Shown here: piece after piece, positions 26,453 to 38,244 of the stretch
Position numbering within the stretch: the first letter of the stretch is position 1
Layout of the letters: each line of letters begins with the position of its first letter
Assembly (NCBI GenBank): GCA_964016885.1
Contig: OZ024742.1
Coordinates: forward strand, 32,860,001 to 32,924,000
Source: Eledone cirrhosa
Taxonomy: Eukaryota
Length of the DNA: 64,000 bases
Direction of reading: 5' to 3'
Position numbers and translations under genes: made by a program
The notes under the pieces: model-generated
What the model was told of the DNA's origin: nothing
The model's input: only the letters and a program-made list of their open reading frames with translations
The model's database searches: none

Positions 26453-29400
26453 GAGGCCTATACTATCGCTTACCTGGTTGCCTTCGATATGTAGGATGGA
26501 AGGACTACGGAGTTCCGGAGAGTTGAAGAGAGAAAAATCTGGACGCTCAGCGACAATGCCAAAGATAAAGACAAACACACCTCGTGGACGAGAATGCGAG
26601 CATTCCTCTTTGTTTCGGCCGCGGATCATCATCATCATCATCATTTCATTTTACGTCCGCTTTTCCCTGCTTGCAAGGGTGGGACGGGAACTGATGCTGG
26701 CTTGATTTCTACAGCTGGATGCCCTTCCTAACACCAACCTCATTTACAGTGAGTGCTGGGTGCTTTTTTGCCGTGGCACCTCCACGACCACTTTGCAGTG
26801 GAATGATAGGGACCCCAGTCCCTATCATCTCATTTCTACAGCTGAGTAAACTGGAGCAATGTGAAATAAAGTGTCTTGCTCAAGGAAACAACACATCACC
26901 CGGTCTGAGGATTGAACTCACAATCTTTCGATTGCAAGGCCAATGCTCTAACCACTAAGCCATGTGCCTCCATGATGGCCAACATAACCCCGTCTCCCCC
27001 CGCTCCCCACCGTTCCCACCCTCCAAACGCAATCCAAAACTTCAGAGTTGGTACCTTGAATGTAGGCACCTTAAAGGGTCGCTCTAACGAGGTTGTAGAA
27101 ATGCTTGAACGTAAGGAGGTCGATGTTTGTTGTATTCAAGAGACGAGGTGGAGGGGTGGATCTGCTAGATTCATTGTGGGTAGAAAACGATGCTATAAGC
27201 TTTTCTGGGTGGGAAATGACACAGGGCTGGGTGGAGTAGGATTCATGGTAGCAGAAAAGTGGGCAGATAAGATAATAGACGTAAATAGAGTGAACGACAG
27301 AATAATTAAAATAAGACTTGTCCTCAATAGAACTACGGTGACAGTAATATCCACGTACGCACCCCAATCCGGACTGCCCAGCACTATAAAAGACAGATTC
27401 TATGAGACACTGATGCTCACTACCTCCCAAATAACCGACAGTGACTATATAATTATTGCGAGCGACCTAAATGGTCACGTTGGACAACATTGTGACGGCT
27501 ACGACGAAATCCATGGAGGCTATGGGTTTGGTACTAGAAATGAGGAAGGCTCCAGAATCCTGGAATTCTGTGACGCAAATAACCTAACTATCTGCAACAC
27601 TAACTTCAAAAAATGAGACAATCACTTGATCACCTACAGATCAGGGGAACACACAAGCCAGGTAGATTATATCCTTACCAGGAGATGTGACAGAGTGACT
27701 GTTGTAAACACTAAATCCCTCCCCCATGAAGAATGGACCTCCCAACATAGACTGATAATTAGCGACCTAATAGTCAGGACGAGACGTACTAGACAACAGA
27801 AGAGGACTATCCTCAGGAGAAAAATATGGAAGCTAAAGGACCCCACAGCCAAAAATAAATTTCAAAGCATATTACTTGATGCTTTCAACAGTAAGGAAGA
27901 GCATTTAGAGTCGGACAATATAGAGGGACAGTGGGAATTTCTGAAAGCAAACCTGCTGATGGCGACAGACGAAGTCTGTGGCTGGAGCAGGCCTGTTGGC
28001 AGGAGAGTAACTTGGTGGTGGAACAGTAAGGTGGAGGAGTCAATCAAGGCCAAAAAGCAGGCTTGGAAAGTATGACGGGATGGGGGAAGTAGAGAAGACT
28101 ATCAAGTGGCCAGGAGGGAAGCTAAGAGACAAGTGTACTTCGCAAGAAGAGAAGCAGAGGAAAGAAAGTTCAAGCATGTTCTACAACGCGAGGACCAAAA
28201 ACGTGAGGTGTTCAGGATTGCTAGGCAATGTGTCAAGGAAAACAGTGATATTGTCGGGGAGAAGTGTGTACTTAATGATGACGGCGTACTTGCCATCACC
28301 GACGCTGATAAGAAGGTAGCTTGGAAGTGTCACTATGAAAGGCTACTAAATGAGGAGAATAAATGGGAGAAAGACAGTCTCCCCCATATCGACCCAATAG
28401 AGGGACCATCAGTGTTAGTCGAGGGTAGTATAATAAGTAAGGCAATCAAAGATATGAAGACGGGTAAGGCGGCTGGGCCTTCGGAAATAGTTGCCGAGAT
28501 GCTGAAGGCATCTGGTACGGTGGGACACACCATGGTCACCCGGATAGTCAACCAAGTCATACAGAATGGGGCTGTTCCAAAGGACTGGTGTAGCAGCATC
28601 ATTGTTAACTGTTATAAGGGTAAAGGAGATGCCGTAGATAGGAGTAACTATAGAGGCATTAAATTAATCGACCAGGTCATGAAGGTCACGGAAAAAGTAA
28701 TAGCGCAACTAATCAGAGAGCGAATTGATCTAGATGAAATGCAGTTCGGGTTTGTGTCAGGAAAAAGTACCACAGACGCTCTTTTCATTGTACGACAACT
28801 ACAGGAGAAGTACCTAGCTAAAAGTAAACCCCTATACTTAGCTTTCGTCGACTTGGAGAAAGCCTTCGACAGAGTCCCCCGTTCCATTATCTGGTGGGCT
28901 CTTAGAAAACTAGGTGTTGATGAATGGCTTGTGAGAGCTATACAAGCCATGTATAAAGAAACAGTCAGCAAGGTTAGAATTAACAACGAATATAGTGAAG
29001 AGTTTAGTGTAAAAGTAGGTGTCCATCAGGGCTCTGTTCTTAGCCCCCTACTATTTATTATTGCCCTCCAGGCTATAACAGTGGAGTTCAAGACCGGCTG
29101 CCCATGGGAACTCCTATACGCAGATGATCTAACGCTCATAGCTGAAACAATGGCCGAGCTAGAGAAGAAATTCCAAACATGGAAGCACGGCCTAGAATCA
29201 AAAGGCCTTAAAATTAACCTGGCTAAGACTAAAGTTCTAGTTTGTAAGAAAGAAAATAAGGCGGCGGTCCCCTCCGGGAAGTGGCCATGCTCAGAGTGTA
29301 GGAAAGGCGTAGGTAGAAACTCCATTTTGTGTCCCAAATGCAAAGTTTGGGTGCATAAAAGATGTAGTGGGATCACAGGTAAGCTAACTAAGAACACAGA

Positions 29401-30442
29401 TTTTACATGTGGCCGGTGCTCTGGTGCAATAAGTAGCAGCAAGTGCCCACAGAATACTAGCTCATTCCATTGCACAGATGGTTCTATAGAAATAGTGGAC
29501 AGCTTCCGTTACCTGGGTGACAAAATCAGCAGTGGGGGAGGGTGCTCTGAAAGTACAGTAGCTAGAGTCAGAACTGGATGGAAAAAGTTCAGAGAGATTA
29601 TACCACTATTGGCCACTAAAGGGTTCTCTCTAAAAATGAAAGGCAGGCTGTATGATGCCTGCATACGAACAGCAATGTTACATGGCAGTGAGACCTGGGC
29701 ATTGTGTGCAGAGGATATACGCAGACTGGAGAGGAACGAAGCTTGCATGCTCCGCTGGATGTGTAATAGTAATATACGTGAACGGCAAAGCATAAATGAA
29801 CTAAGGGAAAAATTAGAAATAAGAGGGATCAGATGCTGTTTACTCGAGAGAAGACTAGGTTGGTATGGTCACGTGATGCGCATGAAAGACGACAACTGTA
29901 TAAAAAAGTGCAGGGTAATAAAAATAGACGGTAGCCACGGAGTAGGCAGACCCAGAAAAACCTGGGACGACTTGATAAATTCCGACCTCACACACTTACA
30001 CCTCTCCAAGACAATGTCACTGGACCGAGATCTTTGGCACTACACAGTAATAGAGAAGACCCGCCTTACCTAAGTACAAAGTGAAACCTACTACAGTCAG
30101 TAGGCACCTCTAACAAAATACACCCCCATCCCACTACCCCCACCCCTTTCAATGTAAAGTTATGTTGGTACCACAACATCCAGTCTGAAACAAATGAGGT
30201 CGTGTAGGTGTCACGACAAAAAAACACACAGTCCACGCTGTAATGTAGCCGTGTAGGTAACACGGTAAAAATCTCCCAGTTCCACACTGTAAATGTGGTT
30301 GGTGTTAGGAAGGGCATCCAGCCGTAGAAAACCCGCCAGACAGTCCTATGCGAGCAAGACAACCACTCTTGCCTCAAGTGGGAAAACTCCCGTCCAAACC
30401 CATGCTAGCGTGGAATATGGACGTTAAACGATGATGATGATG
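26453..30442 (+). mobile_element. Near full-length RTE-clade LINE (APE endonuclease, RT, PHD-like finger), inactivated
   Basis: ORFs 26912..27616, 27626..28075 and 28106..30073 share one frame, split by TGA at 27614 and 28073; GTLNVGT, IQETRW, DLNGHVG, QVDYIL, DLEKAFDRV, HQGSVLSPLLF, LYADD; 3' UTR and (GAT)n tail; SINE inserted near the 5' end. Confidence 0.95.
26626..26971 (-). mobile_element. SINE family A, inserted antisense in the RTE
   Basis: Reverse complement of 19495-19838; internal hairpin atgatagggac-ccca-gtccctatcat at 26803-26828. Confidence 0.9.
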
Positions 30443-30696
30443 ATATATATATAGATGATATATATACAGATGATATATATAGAGATGATATATATAGAGA
30501 TGATATATATATATATATATAGATATATATAGAGATGATATATATATATATATATAGATGATATATATATATATATATGTAGATGATATATATATATACA
30601 GATGATATATATATATACAGATGATATATATATAGATGATATATATATAGATGATATATATATAGCTGATATATATATATACAGATGATGATGATG

Positions 30697-31623
30697 ATCA
30701 TCATCATCAGGTTTAGCGTCCGTGTTCCACGCTTGCATGGGTTTGGACGGGAGTTTTCCCACTTGAGGCAAGAGTGGTTGTCTTGCTCGCATAGGACTGT
30801 CTGGCGGGTTTTCTACAGCTGGATGCCCTTCCTAACACCAACCACATTTACAGTGTGGGGCTGGGAGGTTTTTACCGTGTTGCCTACACGGCCACATTAC
30901 AGCGTGGACTGTCTGGCGGGTTTTCTACAGCTGGATGCCCTTCCTAACACCAACCACATTTACAGTGTGGGGCTGGGAGGTTTTTACCGTGTTGCCTACA
31001 CGGCCACATTTACAGCGTGGACTGTGTGTTTTTTTGTCGTGACACCTACACGATCTCATTTGTTTCGGCTTGGATGTTGTGGGACCAACATAACTTTACA
31101 TTGAAAGGGGCGGTGTGGATGGGGTGGAGGTGGTGGGACGGGGGTGTGTTTTGATAGAGATGCCTACTGACTGTAGTAGGTTTTTACTTTGTATTTAGGT
31201 AAGGCGGGTCTTCTCTATTACTGAGTACCGCCAAAGGTCTCGGTCCAGTGACATTGTCTTGGAGAGGTGTAAATGTGTGAGGTCGGAATTTATCAGCTCG
31301 TCCCATGTTTTTCTGGGTCTGCCTACTCCGTGGCTACCGTCAATCTTTATTGCCCTGCACTTTGTTATACAGCTGTCGTCTTTCATGCGCATCACGTGAC
31401 CGTACCAACGTAGCCTTCTCTTGAGTAAACAACATCTGATCCCTCTTATTTCTAATTTTTTCCTTAGTTCGTTTATGCTTTGCCGTTCACGTATATTACT
31501 ATTGCACATCCAGCGGAGCATGCAAGCTTCGTTCCTCTCTAGTCTGCGTATATCCTCTGCACACAATGCCCAGGTCTCACTGCCATGCAGCATTGCTGTT
31601 CGTATGCAGGCATCGTATAACCT
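30697..31623 (-). mobile_element. 5'-truncated RTE LINE, inverted relative to 26453-30442
   Basis: ORF 31195..31593 nearly identical to the RTE C-terminus; 3' UTR with the 112-bp duplication. Confidence 0.92.
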
Positions 31624-31735
31624 GATATATATATATATAGATGATATATATATATATAGATGATATATATATAGATGATATATATATATAGATGATATAT
31701 ATATATAGATGATATATATATATAGATGATATATA

Positions 31736-32081
31736 TCATCATTTCGTCATCATTTCATTTTACGTCCGCTTTTCCCTGCTAGCAAGGGTGGGACGGGAAC
31801 TGATTCTGGCTTGATTTCTACAGCTGGATGCCCTTTCTAACACCAACCTCATTTACAGTGAGTGCTGGGTGCGTTTTTTGTCGTGGCACCTCCACGACCA
31901 CTTTGCAGTGGAATGATAGGGACCCCAGTCCCTATCATCTCATTTCTACAGCTGAGTAAACTGGAGCAATGTGAAATAAAGTGTCTTGCTCAAGGAAACA
32001 ACACATCAGCCGGTCTGAGAATTGAACTCACAACCTTTCGATTGCAAGGCCAATGCTCTAACCACTAAGCCATGTGCCTCC
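31736..32081 (-). mobile_element. SINE family A
   Basis: Nearly identical to 26626-26971; flanked by GATGA(TA)n arrays. Confidence 0.9.
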
Positions 32082-32610
32082 ATATATATATAGATGATAT
32101 ATATATAAATGACATATACATATATATAGATGATATATATATATATAGAGATGATATATATATATAGATGATATATATATATAGATGATATATATATAGA
32201 TGATATATATATAGATATATATATAGATGATATATATATAGATGATATATATATAGATGATATATATATATATATATAGATGATATATATATATAGATGA
32301 TATATATATATAGATGATATATATATAGATGATATATATACAGATGTAAAAGGAAGGGAGGACAAAGGATATATATAAATGTGTGTGTATCAGTATAAAT
32401 CAGTAAATCGAACAAAAAAAAAAGGCATTTAGATATTGAGTTACAACCCTATGATCCAAGGAGAGCTTGATTGTTCGATAATGATCAATGAAATAAATAT
32501 CCTACCAAGTACTGGGATCAATAAATTAACTGAATATTGAAGACAATATCCCAGCATAGTGGGAGTCGAATGACTAAAATCAGAAGGAATATATTGTAAA
32601 AAAGTCTTAC

Positions 32611-32715
32611 TTGTAATTTTTCTTGAATATGTTTTTTAGTTTCATGTATAAGTTCAGGTTTATCACAGGCAAAAGCAGGATAGCTAATCACACTTAACAA
32701 ACCAGCATCAATTTC
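32611..32715 (-). CDS. PHKA: PHKA exon 8 (EIDAGLLSVISYPAFACDKPELIHETKKHIQEKLQ)
   Basis: Overlaps ORF 32518..32700; ttacag acceptor, gtaaga donor; 105 nt. Confidence 0.95.
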
Positions 32716-33643
32716 CTGTAAGTAGATAAAGAAAAAGAGTGAATAAACTGCCCCTGGTTCTATGATACAGAGCTATTTATTTCAAAGTAAAACCTTCCAT
32801 CATAATTTTATGTAAGAACCTTTCTAAAGTTGTTTCAAACACCAGCTTAATAATGAGAAAGATAGCTATATAAATAAATGCCTTTAAATTCAGGGTTATT
32901 TTCAAAATTAGTTGAAAATCATAGGCAGTGTCTTTCATTAGAAATATAGTAAAGAAAGTGTTAATAGTGAATATTTACTTAGAAGTTTCATCAAAGCTAC
33001 TAACTTTGTTAAGATTTTGTAAAGGTATTTTTTTCCAAAGTACATTAATATATATATTTATACATATATATATATATTTATACATATATATATATATTTA
33101 TACATATATATATATATTTATACATATTACAACAGTTTATATATATAGACTGAATTCAAATAACTTGAACAGGCAAAGATGCATTCACTGGTATGAACAC
33201 TGCAAAACTAAAAGTAAAAGTGTAGTGAGAGACCAGAGGCTACAGTGTTTGGTGATGAAACCGAGACAAAATAGGGTTTGAGAGGACTCTTTAGTCTTGT
33301 AAAACAAAATAACCTCTCTAGCATCAGTGCCATGATAAAATGCACCCACTACACATTGTAAAATGGTAATGCTAGTGCTATGAAAAAATGCACTTAGTAC
33401 ACTCTGTATATTGGTAGTGTTGGTGTCATGTAAAGAAATGCACAAAGTACACCTTGTAAAGTGATTGATATTAGGAAAGGTATCCAGCTGTAGAAATCAT
33501 GCCAAATATGGAATGCATAAAGAACATGAGGTTACTCCAACCCAACTGATCTTGGACTGGAACAACCCATTTAACCCATGCTAGTAAGGAAAATGGACAT
33601 AAGATAATAATGATGATGAGACCAATTGAACAAAATATATTAC

Positions 33644-33685
33644 CTTTGAGTTAGATTCCCTAGGTAACATAGAATGGAAGATAGC
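33644..33685 (-). CDS. PHKA: PHKA exon 7 (AIFHSMLPRESNSK)
   Basis: ttttag acceptor, gtaata donor; MLPRES.SK motif; 42 nt. Confidence 0.9.
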
Positions 33686-33859
33686 CTAAAATTAGAAGAA
33701 ATCAGTAAAGGATGTTATTTAAGATATAATTTCAGAAAGATAGTTAAATTGAGTTTTATTAAAATACAAGTGATTAAGGAAAATATAATGAACACGAGAG
33801 CCATTATAACACCTTTTTAAGGTTTAGGAATTAGTGAAGATGTGGATTTGCTTTCAGTA

Positions 33860-34064
33860 AAAATAATCCCATGATGTTATGGAGCCAACAATTGGACCCC
33901 ATACAGTCGAGCTCTTCCACAAGATTGGAACATTGATGGGCCATCTGAAGAGGGAGCTCCACGAAGTGGGGTGGCTGTTGCAGCGGGTGTCGCTGGCCAT
34001 TGTCAGCAGGAATGCTTTTGCAGTCTTGTCCGCAGGGTACAGCCCCTCTACCACCGCGCCCTAG
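33860..34064 (+). mobile_element. Remnant of a CRE-like (restriction-like endonuclease) non-LTR retrotransposon C-terminus
   Basis: IGPHTVELFHKIG...WLLQRVSLAIVSRNAFAVL resembles the QRxSxAIxRGNAxxVL C-terminal motif, recalled from memory. Confidence 0.5.
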
Positions 34065-34321
34065 GCCCAAAACCCAATCATCCTCCCCCTCCCCATTCTT
34101 CTGTGACACTAGAGTCTTTGCCATTCTACAAAGACTACAAAGATGTAACTTGATACTGTGGCTATTAAGACCAACACTTATGATAATAACTGTTTCTACT
34201 TTAGGCACAAGTCCAGCAATTTGAAGGGATGGGGTAAGTTGATTAAATCAACCCTAGTGCATTACTGGTTCTTTATTTATCAACCCTGTAAGGATGAAAG
34301 ATGCTTATGATAATAATAATA

Positions 34322-34508
34322 ATAATTGTTTCTACTTTCGGCACAAGGCCAGCAATTATCCCAGTGTATTACTGGTGCTTTATTTTATTGATCCCGTAAG
34401 AATGAAAGGCAAAGTTAACCTCAGCGGGATTTGAACTCAGAATGTAAAGGACCATAACTCTATGCTGCAAAGCATTGTGTCTGTCGCTCTACCAATACTG
34501 CCAATCCA
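34322..34508 (-). mobile_element. SINE family B
   Basis: Same consensus; a partial copy also lies at about 34190-34300. Confidence 0.8.
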
Positions 34509-34626
34509 ATAATAATAACATTGTACAAGATAAGAAATTTGGAGTAAAGGCACAGTTGATTCAACTGACCCCAGTAATTGGCTGGTACTTTATTTTATTA
34601 ATTCTGTAAATGATAATGGAACTTAC

Positions 34627-34725
34627 CTGACATTGCTGAGCCTCATCTGGCAATACATGAATCACAGAGTTGGGACCACCACGTGACCCAAAGAGGTCAA
34701 GGCCATCAATAGCTTCTAAAGCAGC
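34627..34725 (-). CDS. PHKA: PHKA exon 6 ([33 protein letters not shown])
   Basis: ttgtag acceptor, gtaagt donor; 99 nt. Confidence 0.95.
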
Positions 34726-34769
34726 CTACAAACAGAAAAGAAAAAACTTTACTACTATTTCTCACTCTG

Positions 34770-35220
34770 AGAGATGGTAGTGGTGGTGGTGGTGGTGGTA
34801 GTGAGAGATGGTATTGGTGGTGGTAGTGAAAGATGGTATTGGTGGGGGTGAAAGAGATGGTATTGGAGGTGGTGTTGGTGGTGGTAGTGAGAGATGGTAT
34901 TGGTAGTGGTGGAGGTGGTAGTGAGAGATTGATATGGAGGTAATGATGATAATTGTGGTAGCAGCAGTGATGATAATGATGGTGATAGACAGTGCTAATA
35001 GTAGCGATGGTAATGGTGGTGATGATAGTGATAGTAATGATGATGGCAGTGACAGACAGCAGTAATGGTAGTGATAGTAATGGTGATGATGGTGATAGTG
35101 ATGATGGTGATAGTGATGATGATGGCAATGATGATGATGGCAGTGACAGATGGTAGTAATGGTAGTGATGACGATGATGATGTTAGCATTGTTGTTGCTG
35201 TAAATGATGATGATGATCAT
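34770..35220. repeat. Degenerate (GGT)n/(GAT)n low-complexity tract
   Basis: Read directly; source of the spurious His/Pro/Ile-rich ORFs. Confidence 0.9.
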
Positions 35221-35221
35221 C

Positions 35222-35402
35222 ATTGGCAGTATCGGTAGAGGGTCGGACGCCATGCTTTCCAGCATAGTTACGTCCCTTTATGATCTGAGTTCAAATCCCG
35301 CCGAGGTTGACTTTACCTTTCATCCTTACGGGGTCGATAAAAATAAAGTACCAGTAATGCACTGGGTAATTGCTGGCCTTGTGCCTAAAGTAGAAACAAT
35401 TA
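35222..35402 (+). mobile_element. SINE family B
   Basis: Well-preserved copy about 50 bp from the PHKA exon 5 donor. Confidence 0.85.
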
Positions 35403-35455
35403 TTACCACTACCACCACCATCATCATTATTATTATTATATGAAGAAATAATAAC

Positions 35456-35536
35456 CTTTGCCATCCCAATAGAACTTGAGTTAAGTTCTGGCAGTCCATG
35501 ATTGGTTTTGTCACCTCGTTCCCAAATACCATAATC
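35456..35536 (-). CDS. PHKA: PHKA exon 5 ([27 protein letters not shown])
   Basis: Inside ORF 35291..35593; tttcag acceptor, gttatt donor; 81 nt. Confidence 0.95.
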
Positions 35537-35795
35537 CTGAAACACACAAAGAAACAAAATGTTAAACAAATTATACAATAAAAAACCCAACAACTGATCA
35601 CTGAAACTTTTGGTCAGAAACTGCTGCTTCCTTGTGAATCTCTATTTAACCCTTTGGACATTAAACTGCCTGATATTGCTCCTGGTTCTATGATACTAAG
35701 CTGTTTATTTAAAAGTGATCTTCTTTACTTAAAAACCTTCAATCATTATTTTATGTAAGACCTTTGAAGTTATGCTCCAAACATCAGCTTATTAA

Positions 35796-36003
35796 CCCTT
35801 TAGCATTTATATTACTCTATATTTACTATTATATTTTCACAGTGAAGTCTTTACCTCACATAATATCGAATCTATGACATTTTGATATTATCTATTTTGA
35901 GAACAATACATTAACATCAGTATCAGCAGCCAGTTCCAACCGGTTTGAACAGAAAGAGGTGAACAAATTCTGGCCGGATACAGCTGGTTTAAATGCTAAA
36001 GGG
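35796..36003. mobile_element. piggyBac-type MITE family 1, nested in a family 2 copy (about 35650-36110)
   Basis: Intact TIRs and TTAA; the flanks rejoin as cagctta...aatgagaaagtt, as in family 2 copies. Confidence 0.82.
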
Positions 36004-37205
36004 TTAATGAGAAAGTTAGTTATATTTCTTAATCTCTACAAATTCTTGAGTAGTTTCAAAATTATTTGAAAATCACAGGCAGTATCTTTGCTTAGAAATA
36101 TGATAATGAAAGAAATACATCCCCCACACACACACATAGCCTTAAGGTTTACTAACAATGTATAGCATGATGTATATGGGCTTTTTTCTCCACACAGTGC
36201 AGGGTTTTCTCCATATAGGTACAGGGCTCTCCCTAGGAGATACTAGGAATTTCACCTACAATTTTTTAAAACTCATACCTGGTCCGTCAGGTTAGGGTTT
36301 GGGTGGAGGGTTAGCAATCTTACATCATAAAAGCATTTCTTGCTATGGAAACATTAACATAAATGAAACAAATTGATCAATCTCTAGCATGTCTACTTGT
36401 CAATTACCTTAGAAGGAAGTTGGAGGAGAGCATGGAAATGTGAACAAGAGGCAGAAATAAAAAAAAATATAGAAAGAACTGGAAGATGCAAGAAAATATT
36501 ATATAGGAGAGGAGGGCTTGGTATATGTTATCTCTTTCATTACCATATTTCTAATGAAATGCACTACATAGATGTTTCAATTAATTTTGAAAATCATCAA
36601 ATATCTGGAGAATTTAATAAAATAATTAGTTATTTCATCACTAAGCTAATGTTTGAAACATTAATAAAAATTTTGATTAAAGATTTTAACATAAATGGGA
36701 ATATTTTAAAATGGAAAGTTTTGTATCATAAAACCAGGCAGTTTGCTATCAAAAGGGTTAATGACCAATACTCCAAAATTATGGTCCAGTAAATTTGTAT
36801 AGAAATCATTGGAGATATCAATAAGTCATTCACAATCAATAGTGGCCAATACACAGTCATTAGAACATAGGAGAAAATGACTTGTGGTATTTGTTTTGGA
36901 TCTCTGTGTTCTGTGTTCAAATCCTGATGAAGTCAACTTTGCCTTTTATACTGCTGTGGCCTACATGGGTGATAGTGTTAATCTGTCACAAGGTTTAGAT
37001 CATCACCTGGCTCTTGAGTACCTTTCACAGAGAGTCTACGTTGTAAGCATATAGACCCAGATTTCCAGTTTCACAATACCTTCCCACCAATCTTGGAAGC
37101 CCTGAAGAAGGTCACAGGTACAGCCCTTCCTTGCCTGACCAGAAAAATAGAAGAAAGAAGCAAAATATGAGCAGTTTGGTTAGTAAAAAATTAGTTTATA
37201 CTTAC

Positions 37206-37288
37206 TGGGATACGGTAAGCAGCTTGGATGTAAAATACCAAATTCTGTATAAATGAAACTTCGTCCAATGAAAATATTATTTTTAAAC
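37206..37288 (-). CDS. PHKA: PHKA exon 4 ([28 protein letters not shown])
   Basis: tttag acceptor, gtaag donor; [13 protein letters not shown] motif; 83 nt restores phase 0. Confidence 0.95.
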
Positions 37289-38027
37289 CTAAAAAATAAT
37301 AATAAAAATAATAACAATAATAATGATTTCTTTATTAGCAACTTACGTCAAGAAAATATTAAAGATGGCACAGGATGGTAGAATGTGAATTTTTGCATGT
37401 AAAATATATGTAACAAAAACAATAAACATGTAAAAAAAATTTAAAACAAAAGGAAATTCCCCAAAAGGAGAAAGTCTTCTGAGGGTCACTCATAGAAGAA
37501 GCCTACAAAACAGTCATGGTCACACTGATTATTAGAGCAAATTCCCCCTTCCTGTTGTCCTCCTCCAATCTACTGGCACATACTCAGAGCAGACTCATTC
37601 ACTCGGACCATGCTCACCTCTCTCAACAAGCTGAGTTTCTTTTTCAAGGGAAACTTGAAAAAATTAATCATGGCTTATGGTACAGTAACATTTAACAGAA
37701 TTACTTCCAGCAAATAGGAAAGGCTCTACATTGTCACATAACTTGTTGAAAATACCAGCAAAACCTCCCTTAAATCATACCTAAAGGACACAGTACATGA
37801 GAGACTCAACATGACTGTATGACCTGCTAGAATTAGCTGCAAAATCTCCCTCAAATCATACCCTGCTGTCTTAAAAAATAGGGATGTACTGAATGTTGTA
37901 GTCTTAGTAAATTATGTTTGAAGAAAAGAGAGGTTGTTTATGGCTGGAATGTCTTTCATCACAGGTATGCTCAATCTCTTATGACCCATAATTATAGTGT
38001 GTAAAAAAAACAACAAGGAAAACTTAC

Positions 38028-38244
38028 CTGAAGCTGTCATTTCAGATAACATAAGTATATAGAGTGATGTGGCATCTATTTGCAAATGTCCCCATTCAAG
38101 ATCTCCTTCAACAGGTTGACATGTCTCACAGTCATATTTAGCATGAAGTGAGTCCACTGTGCTTTGTGTTACTTTGAACTTCTCCAGTTTTTTCACTTGC
38201 ATTGTCATGGCTCGTAGAATTCCCCGCATCAGCTTCACGACAGA
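38028..38244 (-). CDS. PHKA: PHKA exon 3 ([13 protein letters not shown]...[22 protein letters not shown])
   Basis: Inside ORF 37912..38349; tcacag acceptor, gtaagt donor; LHAKY and [10 protein letters not shown] motifs; 217 nt, ends in phase 1. Confidence 0.95.

Noticed and set aside
34706-35265. His/Pro/Ser-rich ORFs
   Set aside because: They arise from a trinucleotide low-complexity tract inside a PHKA intron.
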